Positions 29,688 to 39,897 are shown, numbered from the stretch's first letter. The stretch: DNA of 64,000 bases from Candidatus Levyibacteriota bacterium (GCA_049519175.1 JBEKQZ010000001.1:224043-288042), one strand, 5' to 3'. Program-made: numbers and translations. The notes: generated by a model not told the origin, from the letters alone.

Positions 29688-30431
29688 ATGAAAAACGTCA
29701 GATTGTTATCTTTAGTTGTCCCCGCATATAAACAAGAAAAAACAATCGTTAAAGATATTCAGAGCCTTGCAAATGTTTTATCCGCTCTACCTTACAGATA
29801 TGAAGTCATCGTAGTGGTTGACGGATTTTTGGATAAAACTTTTGAGAAAGCAAAGTCAATAAAAAATAATAATATCAAAGTCGAAGGCTATAAGAAGAAT
29901 ATCGGCAAAGGATTTGCGATTAGATATGGAGTGGAAAAGGCAAAGGGAGATGTAATCGGTTTTATTGATGCCGGAATGGATATAGATCCGAATTCAATTT
30001 TGACACTCGTTAAATATATGCAGACTCATAATGCAGATATAGTTATAGGTAGTAAGCTGCACCCCGACTCGAATGTTAAATATCCTTTGGTTAGGAAAAT
30101 CCTTTCCTGGGGTTACCGAAATGTAGTTCATTTGTTGTTTGGGCTTAACGTAAGAGATACTCAAGCAGGATTAAAACTGTTCAAAAAAGAAGTGGCAAAA
30201 GAAATTTTTCCCAGACTTACCGTTAATACGTTTGCCTTTGATATAGAGACCTTGGTAATCGCCAAGAAAATTGGATTTAACAATGTGAGGGAAGCCCCCG
30301 TCAAGGTGAGTTTTAGAAGGGGAACAATTACAAATTTAAACTTTTTTAAGATTGCTCTAATAATGTTATTAGACACCGCACGTGTTTGGGTACAGTTAAA
30401 TATTTTTAATTCTTACGGTAAGAAAAAATAG
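29688..30431 (+). CDS. GT2, dolichyl/polyprenyl-phosphate glucosyltransferase-like
   Basis: VVPAYKQ, GKGFAIRYG, FIDAGMDI, GSKLHP, DTQAGLKLF, FAFDIE. Confidence 0.88.
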   Translation: MKNVRLLSLVVPAYKQEKTIVKDIQSLANVLSALPYRYEVIVVVDGFLDKTFEKAKSIKNNNIKVEGYKKNIGKGFAIRYGVEKAKGDVIGFIDAGMDIDPNSILTLVKYMQTHNADIVIGSKLHPDSNVKYPLVRKILSWGYRNVVHLLFGLNVRDTQAGLKLFKKEVAKEIFPRLTVNTFAFDIETLVIAKKIGFNNVREAPVKVSFRRGTITNLNFFKIALIMLLDTARVWVQLNIFNSYGKKK

Positions 30432-30479
30432 CGATTCTGGATTTACCAAGGACCGTACGTTTATTTTTGGCTCATTTTT

Positions 30480-30488
30480 TGGTATAGT
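30480..30488 (+). promoter_or_regulatory. Extended -10 element (TGgTATAGT) upstream of rfbF
   Basis: Lies in the 80-nt gap before the sugar-biosynthesis cassette. Confidence 0.45.
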
Positions 30489-30511
30489 ATGCAGCGTATC
30501 TTGGGAAATAT

Positions 30512-31288
30512 ATGAAGACAATAATATTAAGCGGAGGATTAGGTTACAGATTAAAAGAAGAAACTGAATTTAAGCCAAAGCCGATGGTGCTTATTGGAGA
30601 CAAACCAATACTTTGGCATATTATGAAAATATATGCCCACTACGGTTTTAACGATTTTATTATTGCACTGGGATACAAGGGAGATTACATAAAACAATAT
30701 TTTTTAAATCAAAAGCAATTAATTCACGATTTTACTCTTCACACAAAATCCGGTTCCGTAAGAATTCATAAATCCGACGGTAATACTGCCGACGATTTTA
30801 AAATAACATTTGTGGATACGGGAGAGGAAACTCTTCCAGGAGAAAGAATACTCCGCTTAAAAAATTATATCCCGAAGGAAGATAAAAACTTCATGGTTAC
30901 ATATGGCGATGGGGTATCCGATGTAAACATCAAGGAGTTGGTAAAATTTCATAAAAAACAAAACACTATAGGGACCATTACCGGTGTGCATCCCCGAAGT
31001 AAGTATGGACTTTTAAAGCTTAACGAAAACAGCATAGTAGATAGCTTTATAGAGAAACCGGTGCTTAAAGAAAGAACAAACGGTGGTTTTATGATTTTCA
31101 AACGCGAGTTCTTTAAGTATGTAAATCCTAACGAATATGAACATGAAGGGCTAAAAAGATTAACAAAAGAAAAACAGCTATCGGTTTTTGTCCACGACGG
31201 CTTCTGGCATTCAATGGATACCTATTCGGATGTAGAAAACCTTAATAAATTATGGATAGAAACTAAGCCTTGGAAAGTATGGAAATAA
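30512..31288 (+). CDS. rfbF: Glucose-1-phosphate cytidylyltransferase
   Basis: ILSGGLGYRLKEET..PKPMV.IG..PILWHIMKIY, GYKG, VDTG, TYGDG, NGGF, HDGFW.SMDT. Confidence 0.9.
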   Translation: MKTIILSGGLGYRLKEETEFKPKPMVLIGDKPILWHIMKIYAHYGFNDFIIALGYKGDYIKQYFLNQKQLIHDFTLHTKSGSVRIHKSDGNTADDFKITFVDTGEETLPGERILRLKNYIPKEDKNFMVTYGDGVSDVNIKELVKFHKKQNTIGTITGVHPRSKYGLLKLNENSIVDSFIEKPVLKERTNGGFMIFKREFFKYVNPNEYEHEGLKRLTKEKQLSVFVHDGFWHSMDTYSDVENLNKLWIETKPWKVWK

Positions 31289-32220
31289 AAGGAAAAAAAA
31301 TTTTAGTAACTGGGGGCACGGGGTTTATAGGCAGTCATTTGGTTCAAGAGTTGGTAGATCTTAAAGCAAAGGTATCTGTTATTGATATAAAAATTGAACC
31401 AAAATCATACTTTGTGCAAAATAAATTAAAAGGAATTTGCAAATTTAAGTTCGTTGATATTCGTAATAAAAAAGCCATTGAAAGCTTTTTCTCTAAAAAC
31501 AAAATTGATTATATCTTTCATCTGGCCGCAGAGCCGATTGTTGAAAAGGCTTTTCTTAATCCGATTAATGCCTTTACAACCAATATTATGGGGACAGTAA
31601 ATCTGTTGGAAATAGTAAGAAAGAATAAAAGAATAAAAGGGATTATTGTTGCTTCTTCGGACAAAGCCTACGGTAAAACAAAATCAGCTTACACGGAAGA
31701 GTCTCCTTTAAGAGGAGATCATCCCTATGACGTGTCAAAATCCAGCATGGATCTTATTTGCCAAACGTATTACAAAACTTATGGTATTCCAATTGTGATT
31801 ACGCGTTTTGGTAATGTTTATGGTGAAGGAGATCCTAATTTGTCAAGAATTATTCCGGGAATCTTTGACGCAATTATAAAGAACAAAACGCTAAAAATAA
31901 GAAGTGACGGAACTTATGTCAGAGACTATTTATATGTTAAAGATGTTGTAGACGGATATATCTTTTTATTGAAAAATTTTAATAAAGCTGTGGGCGAAGC
32001 GTTTAACTTTTCTTCAAAAGATTCATTATCTGTTTTAGAGCTCATCAAAAAAGCGGAAAAGATACTAAATACTAAAATTAAATATAAGATTCTAAACAAT
32101 GCCCAAAATGAAATTCCCTATCAACACCTTAATGATGCAAAGATAAAAAAGTTAGGTTGGAAAAATCATTATAATTTGGAGAATTCCTTAGCTAATATAT
32201 TGGATTGGTACAAAAACTAA
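31279..32220 (+). CDS. rfbG: CDP-glucose 4,6-dehydratase-like extended SDR
   Basis: ATG 31279; GGTGFIG, HLAAEPIV, NIMGTVNLLE, SSDKAY, PYDVSK, RFGNVYGEGD; adjacent to rfbF. Confidence 0.75.
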   Translation: MEIKGKKILVTGGTGFIGSHLVQELVDLKAKVSVIDIKIEPKSYFVQNKLKGICKFKFVDIRNKKAIESFFSKNKIDYIFHLAAEPIVEKAFLNPINAFTTNIMGTVNLLEIVRKNKRIKGIIVASSDKAYGKTKSAYTEESPLRGDHPYDVSKSSMDLICQTYYKTYGIPIVITRFGNVYGEGDPNLSRIIPGIFDAIIKNKTLKIRSDGTYVRDYLYVKDVVDGYIFLLKNFNKAVGEAFNFSSKDSLSVLELIKKAEKILNTKIKYKILNNAQNEIPYQHLNDAKIKKLGWKNHYNLENSLANILDWYKN

Positions 32221-32222
32221 TT

Positions 32223-33725
32223 ATGAAAAGAAAAATACCTACAGTAATGGTTTCTCAACATCCGGACAATGCCAGTAAACCTTCTTGGCACACCGACGCA
32301 TACATTCGAGATCACGATGAAGTAAAAGAATGTTACTATGCTTTTTCAAAATTGGGAGTTTCCGAATACAAATGGGATTGGGAAGGAAAATTTGTTGATG
32401 AATCTGTTTTTGAAAGATTAATTAGTGAATATCCCACTTTTTTTCATAAAAACCAGTTAGGTAGAGATAAGTTTCTAACTTTCCGCTTGCCGGACTATAG
32501 AGTTAATACGGAATTTAGATTGGGAAGAGCTTTGATGGGAATATTAAGTGCAGCGGGGCTTGCTGAGGAAATAGGATTTTTCTCTCCTCCGATATTTGAA
32601 GCAATATTGTCCATGACCCAATCGGCGGAAGAAATGATTGGAATTCAAGAAGCATTTCTGGAGTTGGCAAGCCTTAAGAATCCTCTCTACAAAAATAGTT
32701 TTATGAAGAATATTAATATTATCCCACTTTTTGAGGATATAAATAGAATTATGGATTCCGCTACAATTTTAGAGAAATATATTCATTTGCATAAAAGTAA
32801 ATTTGGAGTATTCCCTTCGTACATGAGGCCGTATTTAGCTAGATCTGATTCCGCTTTAAGCTCCGGCTTGGTACCTTCTGTTTTGGCAATTAAGGTTGCT
32901 TTATCTAAATACGCAAAGTTTACCAAAGACACAGGTATTGAAACATTCCCGATTATTGGCGCCGGATCTCTCCCTTTTCGTGGCGGATCAACGCCTTATT
33001 CAGTTAAGCAATTCATAAAAGAATATAGTGGAATAAAAACCATGTTGGTTCAAAGTGCTTTTCAATATGATTTTCCGGAGAAAGATGTCTTAAGTGCGAT
33101 AAAAGCAATCGAGAAGGCCTTACCTAAAAGTAAGGCTCTAATAGTCAGCAGTACGGATGAAAGAAAAATAAGGAGAGTCATTAATGATTTCGAGCCTTTT
33201 TACCAGAAAACCGTTAAAAAGATCGGGTCTACTGTGTACAGTATTGCAATTTATATGCCCGCAAGAAGAGAAAGGCTAAAACATACAGGACTGCTTAAGT
33301 ATCCAAGGTTGGTACAGGGAGTGAAAGTTCCCAGAGCAATAAACTTTACGGCCTCTCTTTACTCAATCGGTATTCCGCCTGAGTTTATTGGCGTAGGAAG
33401 AGGAATAAGAGCAGCTAAAAAAAATGGAAATCTATCGATTGTTGAAAAAACATATTTTAATTTCCATAATGACCTAGAGAAAGCGGGAGGATATTTGAAT
33501 AAAAAAGTACTCTCAGTTTTGTCTAAAAAATCGCAGGGATGGAAAGAAATACAGGAGGATGTAAGGATAATAGAGGGTTATTTAGGCAAAAAATTTGAGC
33601 CGAAAACACCGGAAGAGAAAGCTCATCAAGTTTTTAGTGAAAGTATTTATGAAAGGTTTACGCAGGGAATTGAAATGACAGACCTGATAGAAGAAGCGGC
33701 TGTTCTTAGAAGAAGTTTGGGCTAG
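32223..33725 (+). CDS. ppcA: Archaeal-type phosphoenolpyruvate carboxylase
   Basis: ATG 32223; about 500 aa; KIPTVMVSQHPDNA, WDWEGK, IIPLFE, LARSD, IIGAGSLPFRG, PRAINFTASLYSIGIPPE, RRSLG end. Confidence 0.88.
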   Translation: MKRKIPTVMVSQHPDNASKPSWHTDAYIRDHDEVKECYYAFSKLGVSEYKWDWEGKFVDESVFERLISEYPTFFHKNQLGRDKFLTFRLPDYRVNTEFRLGRALMGILSAAGLAEEIGFFSPPIFEAILSMTQSAEEMIGIQEAFLELASLKNPLYKNSFMKNINIIPLFEDINRIMDSATILEKYIHLHKSKFGVFPSYMRPYLARSDSALSSGLVPSVLAIKVALSKYAKFTKDTGIETFPIIGAGSLPFRGGSTPYSVKQFIKEYSGIKTMLVQSAFQYDFPEKDVLSAIKAIEKALPKSKALIVSSTDERKIRRVINDFEPFYQKTVKKIGSTVYSIAIYMPARRERLKHTGLLKYPRLVQGVKVPRAINFTASLYSIGIPPEFIGVGRGIRAAKKNGNLSIVEKTYFNFHNDLEKAGGYLNKKVLSVLSKKSQGWKEIQEDVRIIEGYLGKKFEPKTPEEKAHQVFSESIYERFTQGIEMTDLIEEAAVLRRSLG

Positions 33726-33801
33726 ATATGGATTTGATGGAATCTTTAGGAAGGTATATGATTGGCGTATTAAAAATGAATAGTAAATAAGAATTTGTAT
33801 A

Positions 33802-34653
33802 ATGAGACCAAGAAATTTAAAAACTAAAATTTTTCTCGATAGCGGAAATCCTTCCGATACCAAAGCAACACTAAAGCTTCTCGGATTTTTAGATGGACAA
33901 ACAACGAATCCTTCTTTAATAGCAAAAAGTTCGAAGGCAATAGAAAGAATCGAAAAAGGAGAAAAATTTTCAGCAGAAGAAATTTACGATTTTTACAAAA
34001 AAACAGCAGAAGAAATTTCAAACCAGATTCCAAATGGCTCCGTATCGGTTGAAGTATATGCAGATTCAAATACTAAAGCGGAAGAAATGTTAGATACCGG
34101 TAAGAAGTTTTTCTCGTGGATTCCTAATGCTCACATAAAACTTCCTATAACAAGAGAAGGACTTAAGGCAGCGAAGGAAATGATAAGTATGGGAATGAGG
34201 GTTAATATGACTCTTTGTTTTAATCAAGAGCAGGCGGCTGCAGTATATGATGCAACAAGAAGAGCTACTGCGGGTCAGGTCTTTATTTCTCCATTTGTCG
34301 GAAGACTTGATGATATTAATCAAAACGGAATAAGTCTTATTTCCAACATACTGGAAATGTATAGAGAAGGAGACGGACACGTAGAAGTTCTAGCGGCCAG
34401 CATTAGAAGTATAGACCATTTTATGGCATGTTTGAATTTAGGATGCGACATAATCACTGCTCCTTTTCCCGTGCTTAAAGAATGGGCAGATAAAGGTTTT
34501 CAGACTGCAGGCTTTGATTATAAAGTTGATTTGAAAGACATTCCTTATAAAAATATTAAGATGGAGAATTGGGAAAATATAAATATCGAAAATGAATTGA
34601 CAAATAAGGGAATCGAAAAATTCTGCGCCGATTGGACTGCCCTCATTGTCTAA
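33802..34653 (+). CDS. tal: Transaldolase family protein
   Basis: IFLDS, GQTTNPSLI, SVSVEV, HIKLP (Schiff-base Lys), NMTLCF, ISPFVGRLDD, LAASIR. Confidence 0.88.
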   Translation: MRPRNLKTKIFLDSGNPSDTKATLKLLGFLDGQTTNPSLIAKSSKAIERIEKGEKFSAEEIYDFYKKTAEEISNQIPNGSVSVEVYADSNTKAEEMLDTGKKFFSWIPNAHIKLPITREGLKAAKEMISMGMRVNMTLCFNQEQAAAVYDATRRATAGQVFISPFVGRLDDINQNGISLISNILEMYREGDGHVEVLAASIRSIDHFMACLNLGCDIITAPFPVLKEWADKGFQTAGFDYKVDLKDIPYKNIKMENWENINIENELTNKGIEKFCADWTALIV

Positions 34654-34654
34654 C

Positions 34655-35737
34655 ATGAAAATTAAATCAAGAATTAAAGACTTCGAAGTAATATTTGCCC
34701 GAGACTTTGATTTTGTAAATGAGTTTCTTCGATTAGAACATTATGTTGTTATTGTGGGTTCAAATGCGCATTCTATTTACAAAAAAAAGATTTTCAGTAG
34801 ATTTCCCAAAGATAAAGTAATAGTAATCGAGCTAGGTGAAAAAAACAAAACTATTGGAACGGTTATCAAAGTGTATGAAAAGCTCTTAGAGCAAACGGCA
34901 AAGAAAAATTTAACAATCATTTCATTTGGTGGAGGAATAAATCAGGACGTTGTTGGATTTATTGCCTCAACTTTGTATAGGGGAGTCAATTGGATTTATG
35001 TTCCAACCACGCTGTTAGCAATGGCAGATAGCGCCATCGGACTTAAAACTTCGCTTAATTTCAGGCATTATAAGAACGTTCTGGGAACTTTTTATCCTCC
35101 TTCGAAAATTATTATCAATGTCGATTTCTTAAAAACTCTTCCTAAGTTAAATTATTTTAGCGGAATAGGGGAAATTATTAAATTTTATTTAATGAAAAAG
35201 AACGCCATTGCGGATTTGGATAACACACTAAAGAAAATAGAAAAATTAAAAAGCGGGAAGAATAGGCAAGATATTCTTAATATCATCGAGGAAAGCATGA
35301 AAATTAAACTAAGCTACATGGAAGGCGACGAATTTGATACGGGAAGAAGAAATCTTTTAAATTACGGACATGAATTTGGACATGCGCTTGAGCCGGCATC
35401 TGCATTTAATATTCCCCACGGAGTAGCTATTTTAATTGGCATAATATTTGCAAACGTCGTTTCTTATAAGAGAAAGATGATTAGTAAGCAAGTTTATGAG
35501 GATTTAAATAGGCGCTTGTTGGTACCAAACATTCCCCGTGACGTTGTAAATATCAAAAAAAGATATTTTGACAAAGACACAATTTTAGAAAATATGAAAA
35601 AAGATAAAAAAAGAATTGGTAATGGTTTGGTACTTGTTCTTCCGCGAAAAGATTTCTCTCTTATTAAAGTTAATGATTTGAGCATTGACGAATATACCTC
35701 AAGTTTGATAGAGTTGAGAAAAATAATAGGAGTATAG
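34655..35737 (+). CDS. AroB/3-dehydroquinate synthase-like sugar-phosphate phospholyase or cyclase
   Basis: GGGINQDVVGF, YRGV, VPTTLLAMADSAIGLKT, KNVLGTFYPP, GEIIK, LNYGHEFGHALE, PHG. Confidence 0.85.
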   Translation: MKIKSRIKDFEVIFARDFDFVNEFLRLEHYVVIVGSNAHSIYKKKIFSRFPKDKVIVIELGEKNKTIGTVIKVYEKLLEQTAKKNLTIISFGGGINQDVVGFIASTLYRGVNWIYVPTTLLAMADSAIGLKTSLNFRHYKNVLGTFYPPSKIIINVDFLKTLPKLNYFSGIGEIIKFYLMKKNAIADLDNTLKKIEKLKSGKNRQDILNIIEESMKIKLSYMEGDEFDTGRRNLLNYGHEFGHALEPASAFNIPHGVAILIGIIFANVVSYKRKMISKQVYEDLNRRLLVPNIPRDVVNIKKRYFDKDTILENMKKDKKRIGNGLVLVLPRKDFSLIKVNDLSIDEYTSSLIELRKIIGV

Positions 35738-35744
35738 TAAAAAT

Positions 35745-36527
35745 ATGAATTTATTAGAATTAAAAATGGTTGAACTCCTGAAAAACTTAAGGGATAAGTT
35801 TGGAGTGACAGCCCTTAAGGCTGAATTTGAAGCAGAGGCCTCCCGGGTTAACGAAGTAATGCGCCTAAAAGACGTTGCCGATAAGGCGGATTTGGATTTA
35901 GTGATTAAAATCGGCGGAGGAGAAGCAGTTACGGATATGTTTGAGGCGCAACATATCGGAGTGGACCTTCTTATCGCCCCCATGGTTGAAACCCCTTATG
36001 CGCTGCGTAAGTATTTAGAAGCGGTAGAGAAATATTTCTCCAAAGATTTAAGAGCGAAAATGCATTTTGGGATAAACATTGAAACAGAATTGGCTTGCCT
36101 AAAATTCCCGGAGATGCTTTTGGAGAAAAAGGTCGATTTAATCGATACGATTACCGTTGGAAGAGTTGATCTCTCCGGTTCAATCGGTCTTCCGAGAGAT
36201 CAAATTAACAGCGCTGAAGTTTATATACTTGCTGAAACTGTTTTTACTCTGGCGCGAGCAAAAAAGTTCAGAACTGCAATGGGTGGCGGTATCGCTGTTG
36301 AGGCAATACCTTTTATAAAAAAACTCGCGGCAAAAAAACTTTTAGATCGCTTTGAAACCAGAAAAATTGTATTCGAAGTTCCCGATAATTTTACAAACGT
36401 AGAGAAAGGAATTATTCAAGCTAATATATTTGAATTAATGTGGCTGGAAAATAAAAGAAATTACTACGAAAGAATTTTCCGGGAAGACGAAAAAAGAATA
36501 GAAATGTTAAAAACGAGAATTAAGTAG
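35745..36527 (+). CDS. HpcH/HpaI aldolase / citrate-lyase-beta family protein
   Basis: KAEFEAE, KIGGGEA, APMVET, INIET, VGRVDLS metal-binding barrel motifs. Confidence 0.72.
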   Translation: MNLLELKMVELLKNLRDKFGVTALKAEFEAEASRVNEVMRLKDVADKADLDLVIKIGGGEAVTDMFEAQHIGVDLLIAPMVETPYALRKYLEAVEKYFSKDLRAKMHFGINIETELACLKFPEMLLEKKVDLIDTITVGRVDLSGSIGLPRDQINSAEVYILAETVFTLARAKKFRTAMGGGIAVEAIPFIKKLAAKKLLDRFETRKIVFEVPDNFTNVEKGIIQANIFELMWLENKRNYYERIFREDEKRIEMLKTRIK

Positions 36528-36535
36528 CGAAATAA

Positions 36536-38356
36536 ATGATAAAGTTAAGCGACTACGTATGTAATTTCTTTTCCGCAAAAGGCATAACCCATGCTTTCGT
36601 ATTGGGGGGAGGAGGCAACATGCACCTCATAGACTCCGTTGATAAAAGTAAACTCGAATATGTGTGTAACCTACATGAACAAGCAGCTTCTTATGCCGCG
36701 GAAGGATATGCTAGGGTAACAGGAAAACCGGGTCTTGTTATTATCACAACCGGTCCGGGAGGAACAAATACAATGTCGGGAGTTTTAGGCTGTTGGCAGG
36801 ATTCAATTCCGATGTTTGTTATTTCCGGACAAATCGCCAGGAGATTTATGGGCGCGGGGACAAAAATGGGAGTAAGGCAGTTGGGGGTCCAAGAGATGAA
36901 TATCGTTGACGTGGCAAAGCCAATGGTTAAATATGCTTCGGTAGTAATGGACCCATTAGATATTAGATATGAACTGGAAAAAGCCTGGCATTTGTCTACA
37001 ACCGGCAGACAGGGGCCGGTTTGGCTAGATATTCCACTTGATGTGCAAAGCGCGATGATTGATGAAAAGAAATTAAAAAAGTTTAATCCTAAGGAAATTA
37101 CCCCCGATTATATTACTAACAAAAAAGCAATAGAAAAATTGGTAAAACAGACGCTCAAAAAGATTTCAGAGTCCCAAAGGCCCGTCTTATACGCGGGAAA
37201 CGGAATTAGGCTGAGTGGTGCTTATGCTGATTTCTTAAAACTAATAAACCTCTTAAAAATTCCGGTTTTAACCAGTTATGTTGGATACGATATGGTGCCA
37301 TCGAACCATCCTTATTTTTTTGGCAGAGCTCATGCCATGGGACAAAGAGCCGGGAATTTAATTATTCAAAACAGTGACTTATTGTTTAACATCGGTGCAA
37401 GATTGGATGTTCTCACGATGGGTTATGAAAAAGAAAAATTTGCCAGGGCAGCTTATAAAATTATGGTAGATATTGATAAACACGAAATAGAAAAGCCCAC
37501 GTTGTATGTCGACTTAGGTATAAATACCGACGCAAAGTTATTTATCCAAGAAATGATTAGGCAACTTAAAAAGAAACCGCTTAGATTAAATATTAAGTCC
37601 TGGTTGGATTATGGACGAAGGATGAATAAGAAATATCCAAATGTCCCGAAAGAACTATGGGAAGGAAAAAAATATGTTAACCCGTATTGCTTTATCGAAG
37701 AAAGCTGTAAGCAATTTAAGCCCAATGAAATAATTGTTCTGGCTAATGGGGTAAACGTTTTAAACTGTTCGTATCAAGCTTTTATCGTAAAAAAGGGACA
37801 ACGTATAATTCTTAATCTTGGATCAGCTCCCATTGGGTATGGGCTACCTGCGGCGATAGGCGTAAGTTTTGCCTTCAATAATAAAAAAAGGATAATTTGC
37901 ATGGAAGGCGACGGCAGTATTCAGGTGAACATTCAAGAATTACAAACAGTAAGGCACTACAATCTTCCGATTAAAATATTTATACACAGTAACGGAGGAT
38001 ACTTATCCAATCGGAACACCCAGAAAAATTTGTTTGGAGGAAGATATGTAGCATCGGGAACAGACAGCCATATTACTTCTCCCGATTTTGTAAAAGTAGG
38101 AAAAGCTTATGGAATTAAATCAATAAGAATAAATAACCACAAAGAGATGAAAGCAAAAATAAAGTATGTCCTGAATTATCCGGGACCGATTATTTGTGAT
38201 ATTAATGCGCTTAAAGATATGAGTTTAACGCCTAAGTTGTTAACAAAAAAGAGGGCCGATGGAAGTTTTTATTCGCCTGCACTTGAGGATATGTGGCCTT
38301 TCTTGAGTAAGGAAGAATTGAAGGAGGAGATGTTCATTCCATTGCTAGATGAATAA
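36536..38356 (+). CDS. ThDP-dependent enzyme (acetolactate synthase-like; YerE-type carboligase candidate)
   Basis: HEQAASYAAEGYAR, TTGPGGTN, GPVWLDIPLD, GYGLPAAIG, EGDGS...NGGY ThDP motif. Confidence 0.88.
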   Translation: MIKLSDYVCNFFSAKGITHAFVLGGGGNMHLIDSVDKSKLEYVCNLHEQAASYAAEGYARVTGKPGLVIITTGPGGTNTMSGVLGCWQDSIPMFVISGQIARRFMGAGTKMGVRQLGVQEMNIVDVAKPMVKYASVVMDPLDIRYELEKAWHLSTTGRQGPVWLDIPLDVQSAMIDEKKLKKFNPKEITPDYITNKKAIEKLVKQTLKKISESQRPVLYAGNGIRLSGAYADFLKLINLLKIPVLTSYVGYDMVPSNHPYFFGRAHAMGQRAGNLIIQNSDLLFNIGARLDVLTMGYEKEKFARAAYKIMVDIDKHEIEKPTLYVDLGINTDAKLFIQEMIRQLKKKPLRLNIKSWLDYGRRMNKKYPNVPKELWEGKKYVNPYCFIEESCKQFKPNEIIVLANGVNVLNCSYQAFIVKKGQRIILNLGSAPIGYGLPAAIGVSFAFNNKKRIICMEGDGSIQVNIQELQTVRHYNLPIKIFIHSNGGYLSNRNTQKNLFGGRYVASGTDSHITSPDFVKVGKAYGIKSIRINNHKEMKAKIKYVLNYPGPIICDINALKDMSLTPKLLTKKRADGSFYSPALEDMWPFLSKEELKEEMFIPLLDE

Positions 38357-39227
38357 TAGAATGAATATACTGATAACAGGAGCTAACGGATTTCTAGGTA
38401 AGCATCTCAAAGAAAATCTTGGCAATAAATACACTCTCTTTACCCCGTCCCACAAAGAACTAGATCTTCTTGATGAAAATGCAGTCGAGAAATTTTTTAA
38501 GACACATAAGATAGACGTAGTTATTCATACCGCTTTAGTAGGTGGAAGCAGAAAAGAGGAAGAGACGGAGAGCGCTTTAGAGCAAAACTTAAGGATGTTT
38601 TTTAATATCGTGAGGAACAAAAAACATTTTAAGAAAATGATTCATTGTGGCTCCGGAGCGGAATATGATAAGCGTTTTCCAATAGCGAAAGTTAAAGAAG
38701 AAGATTTCGATAAAAGAGTTCCGGCAGATGAATATGGGTTTGCCAAGTATCTCTGTTCAAAATATATCGAAAACAGCGAGGATATAGTTTGTTTAAGAAT
38801 TTTTGCGTTATTTGGTAAAGGTGAAGATTACAGATACCGTTTTATTTCTAACGCGATGTGCAGGAACATTTTTGGCTTACCGATAACGATGAGACAGAAT
38901 GTTTACTTTGATTATATTTACATCAAAGACATAGTTAGAATAGTAGAATATTTTATAGGGCATAAGGCAAAACATAAATTTTACAACGCCGGGACAGGGA
39001 AGAGAGTGAGCTTAAAAACAATCGCCAAGAAAATCAATGAAATAGCAGATATTAAGTCAAAAGTGCTTATTAAAAAAACAGGATTAAATAAAGAATATTC
39101 GTGTAACAACAAAAGACTGGTCAAGGAACTCGGCAATTTTAAGTTCACGGATTTTAATGATTATATGAATGAGCTCTATTTATGGTATAAAGAGAATAAG
39201 AAATTAATTAAGAAGGATTTATTATGA
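38349..39227 (+). CDS. NAD-dependent epimerase/reductase (extended SDR)
   Basis: ITGANGFLG, GSGAEY, YGFAK (YxxxK), FDYIYIKD. Confidence 0.85.
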   Translation: MNNRMNILITGANGFLGKHLKENLGNKYTLFTPSHKELDLLDENAVEKFFKTHKIDVVIHTALVGGSRKEEETESALEQNLRMFFNIVRNKKHFKKMIHCGSGAEYDKRFPIAKVKEEDFDKRVPADEYGFAKYLCSKYIENSEDIVCLRIFALFGKGEDYRYRFISNAMCRNIFGLPITMRQNVYFDYIYIKDIVRIVEYFIGHKAKHKFYNAGTGKRVSLKTIAKKINEIADIKSKVLIKKTGLNKEYSCNNKRLVKELGNFKFTDFNDYMNELYLWYKENKKLIKKDLL

Positions 39228-39892
39228 AAAGAAAGACGGTTTTATTAACGGGGGCATCCAGGGGAATGGGAGCCGCAATTTATAAAAAGTTAAAAAAAGA
39301 TTACAACGTACTTACTCCGACAAGAAAGGAATTGGATTTATCGAATAACGCCTCTATAGACACATTTATTAAAAAGAATAAAAATACAAAAGTAGATATT
39401 ATTATTAACAACGCAGGAATTAATTTTCCACAATGGATTGAAGAGATGTCGGATGAAAATATCGAAAATACGGTGCAAACTAATTTAGTTGCCCCAATCA
39501 GGCTAATTAGAGGATTTGTTGGTAACATGAAAGAGAATCATTGGGGAAGGATTATAAACATAAGCTCGATGTTTGGAATTGTCGCAAGAGGTAAGCAGGT
39601 GCTCTACTCGGCAACAAAACACGGCATTAACGGCGTGACTAAAGCGTTAGCGCTTGAGCTGGCAAAAGACAATATCTTAGTTAACTCCGTTTGTCCCGGT
39701 TTCACAAAAACAGATATGGTTCTTAAAAAGAACAATCCGGAAAAAATTGCACTGCTTGAAAAAGACATTCCTTTGGGGAGACTGGCCGAACCTTCCGAAA
39801 TTGCAAATCTTGTTAAATTTCTGATTTCCGATGAGAGCACATATATTACTGGCTCCTGTATTCTTATCGATGGAGGGTTTACATCTAGATAA
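39224..39892 (+). CDS. Classical SDR oxidoreductase
   Basis: TGASRGMG, INNAGI, NISS, YSATK, NSVCPG, YITG...IDGG. Confidence 0.9.
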   Translation: MKRKTVLLTGASRGMGAAIYKKLKKDYNVLTPTRKELDLSNNASIDTFIKKNKNTKVDIIINNAGINFPQWIEEMSDENIENTVQTNLVAPIRLIRGFVGNMKENHWGRIINISSMFGIVARGKQVLYSATKHGINGVTKALALELAKDNILVNSVCPGFTKTDMVLKKNNPEKIALLEKDIPLGRLAEPSEIANLVKFLISDESTYITGSCILIDGGFTSR

Positions 39893-39897
39893 ATTTT

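Noticed and set aside
34655-35737. Housekeeping aroB (shikimate pathway), or an EEVS/DDGS cyclase for mycosporine or gadusol synthesis
   Set aside because: No other aro genes and no ATP-grasp or mycosporine-type partner genes nearby; it has GHxxGHALE rather than the EEVS-type motifs; the context is nucleotide-sugar synthesis.
36536-38356. ilvB for branched-chain amino acid synthesis
   Set aside because: No ilvN/ilvC/ilvD nearby; it is flanked by sugar-nucleotide enzymes, as YerE-type carboligases are.
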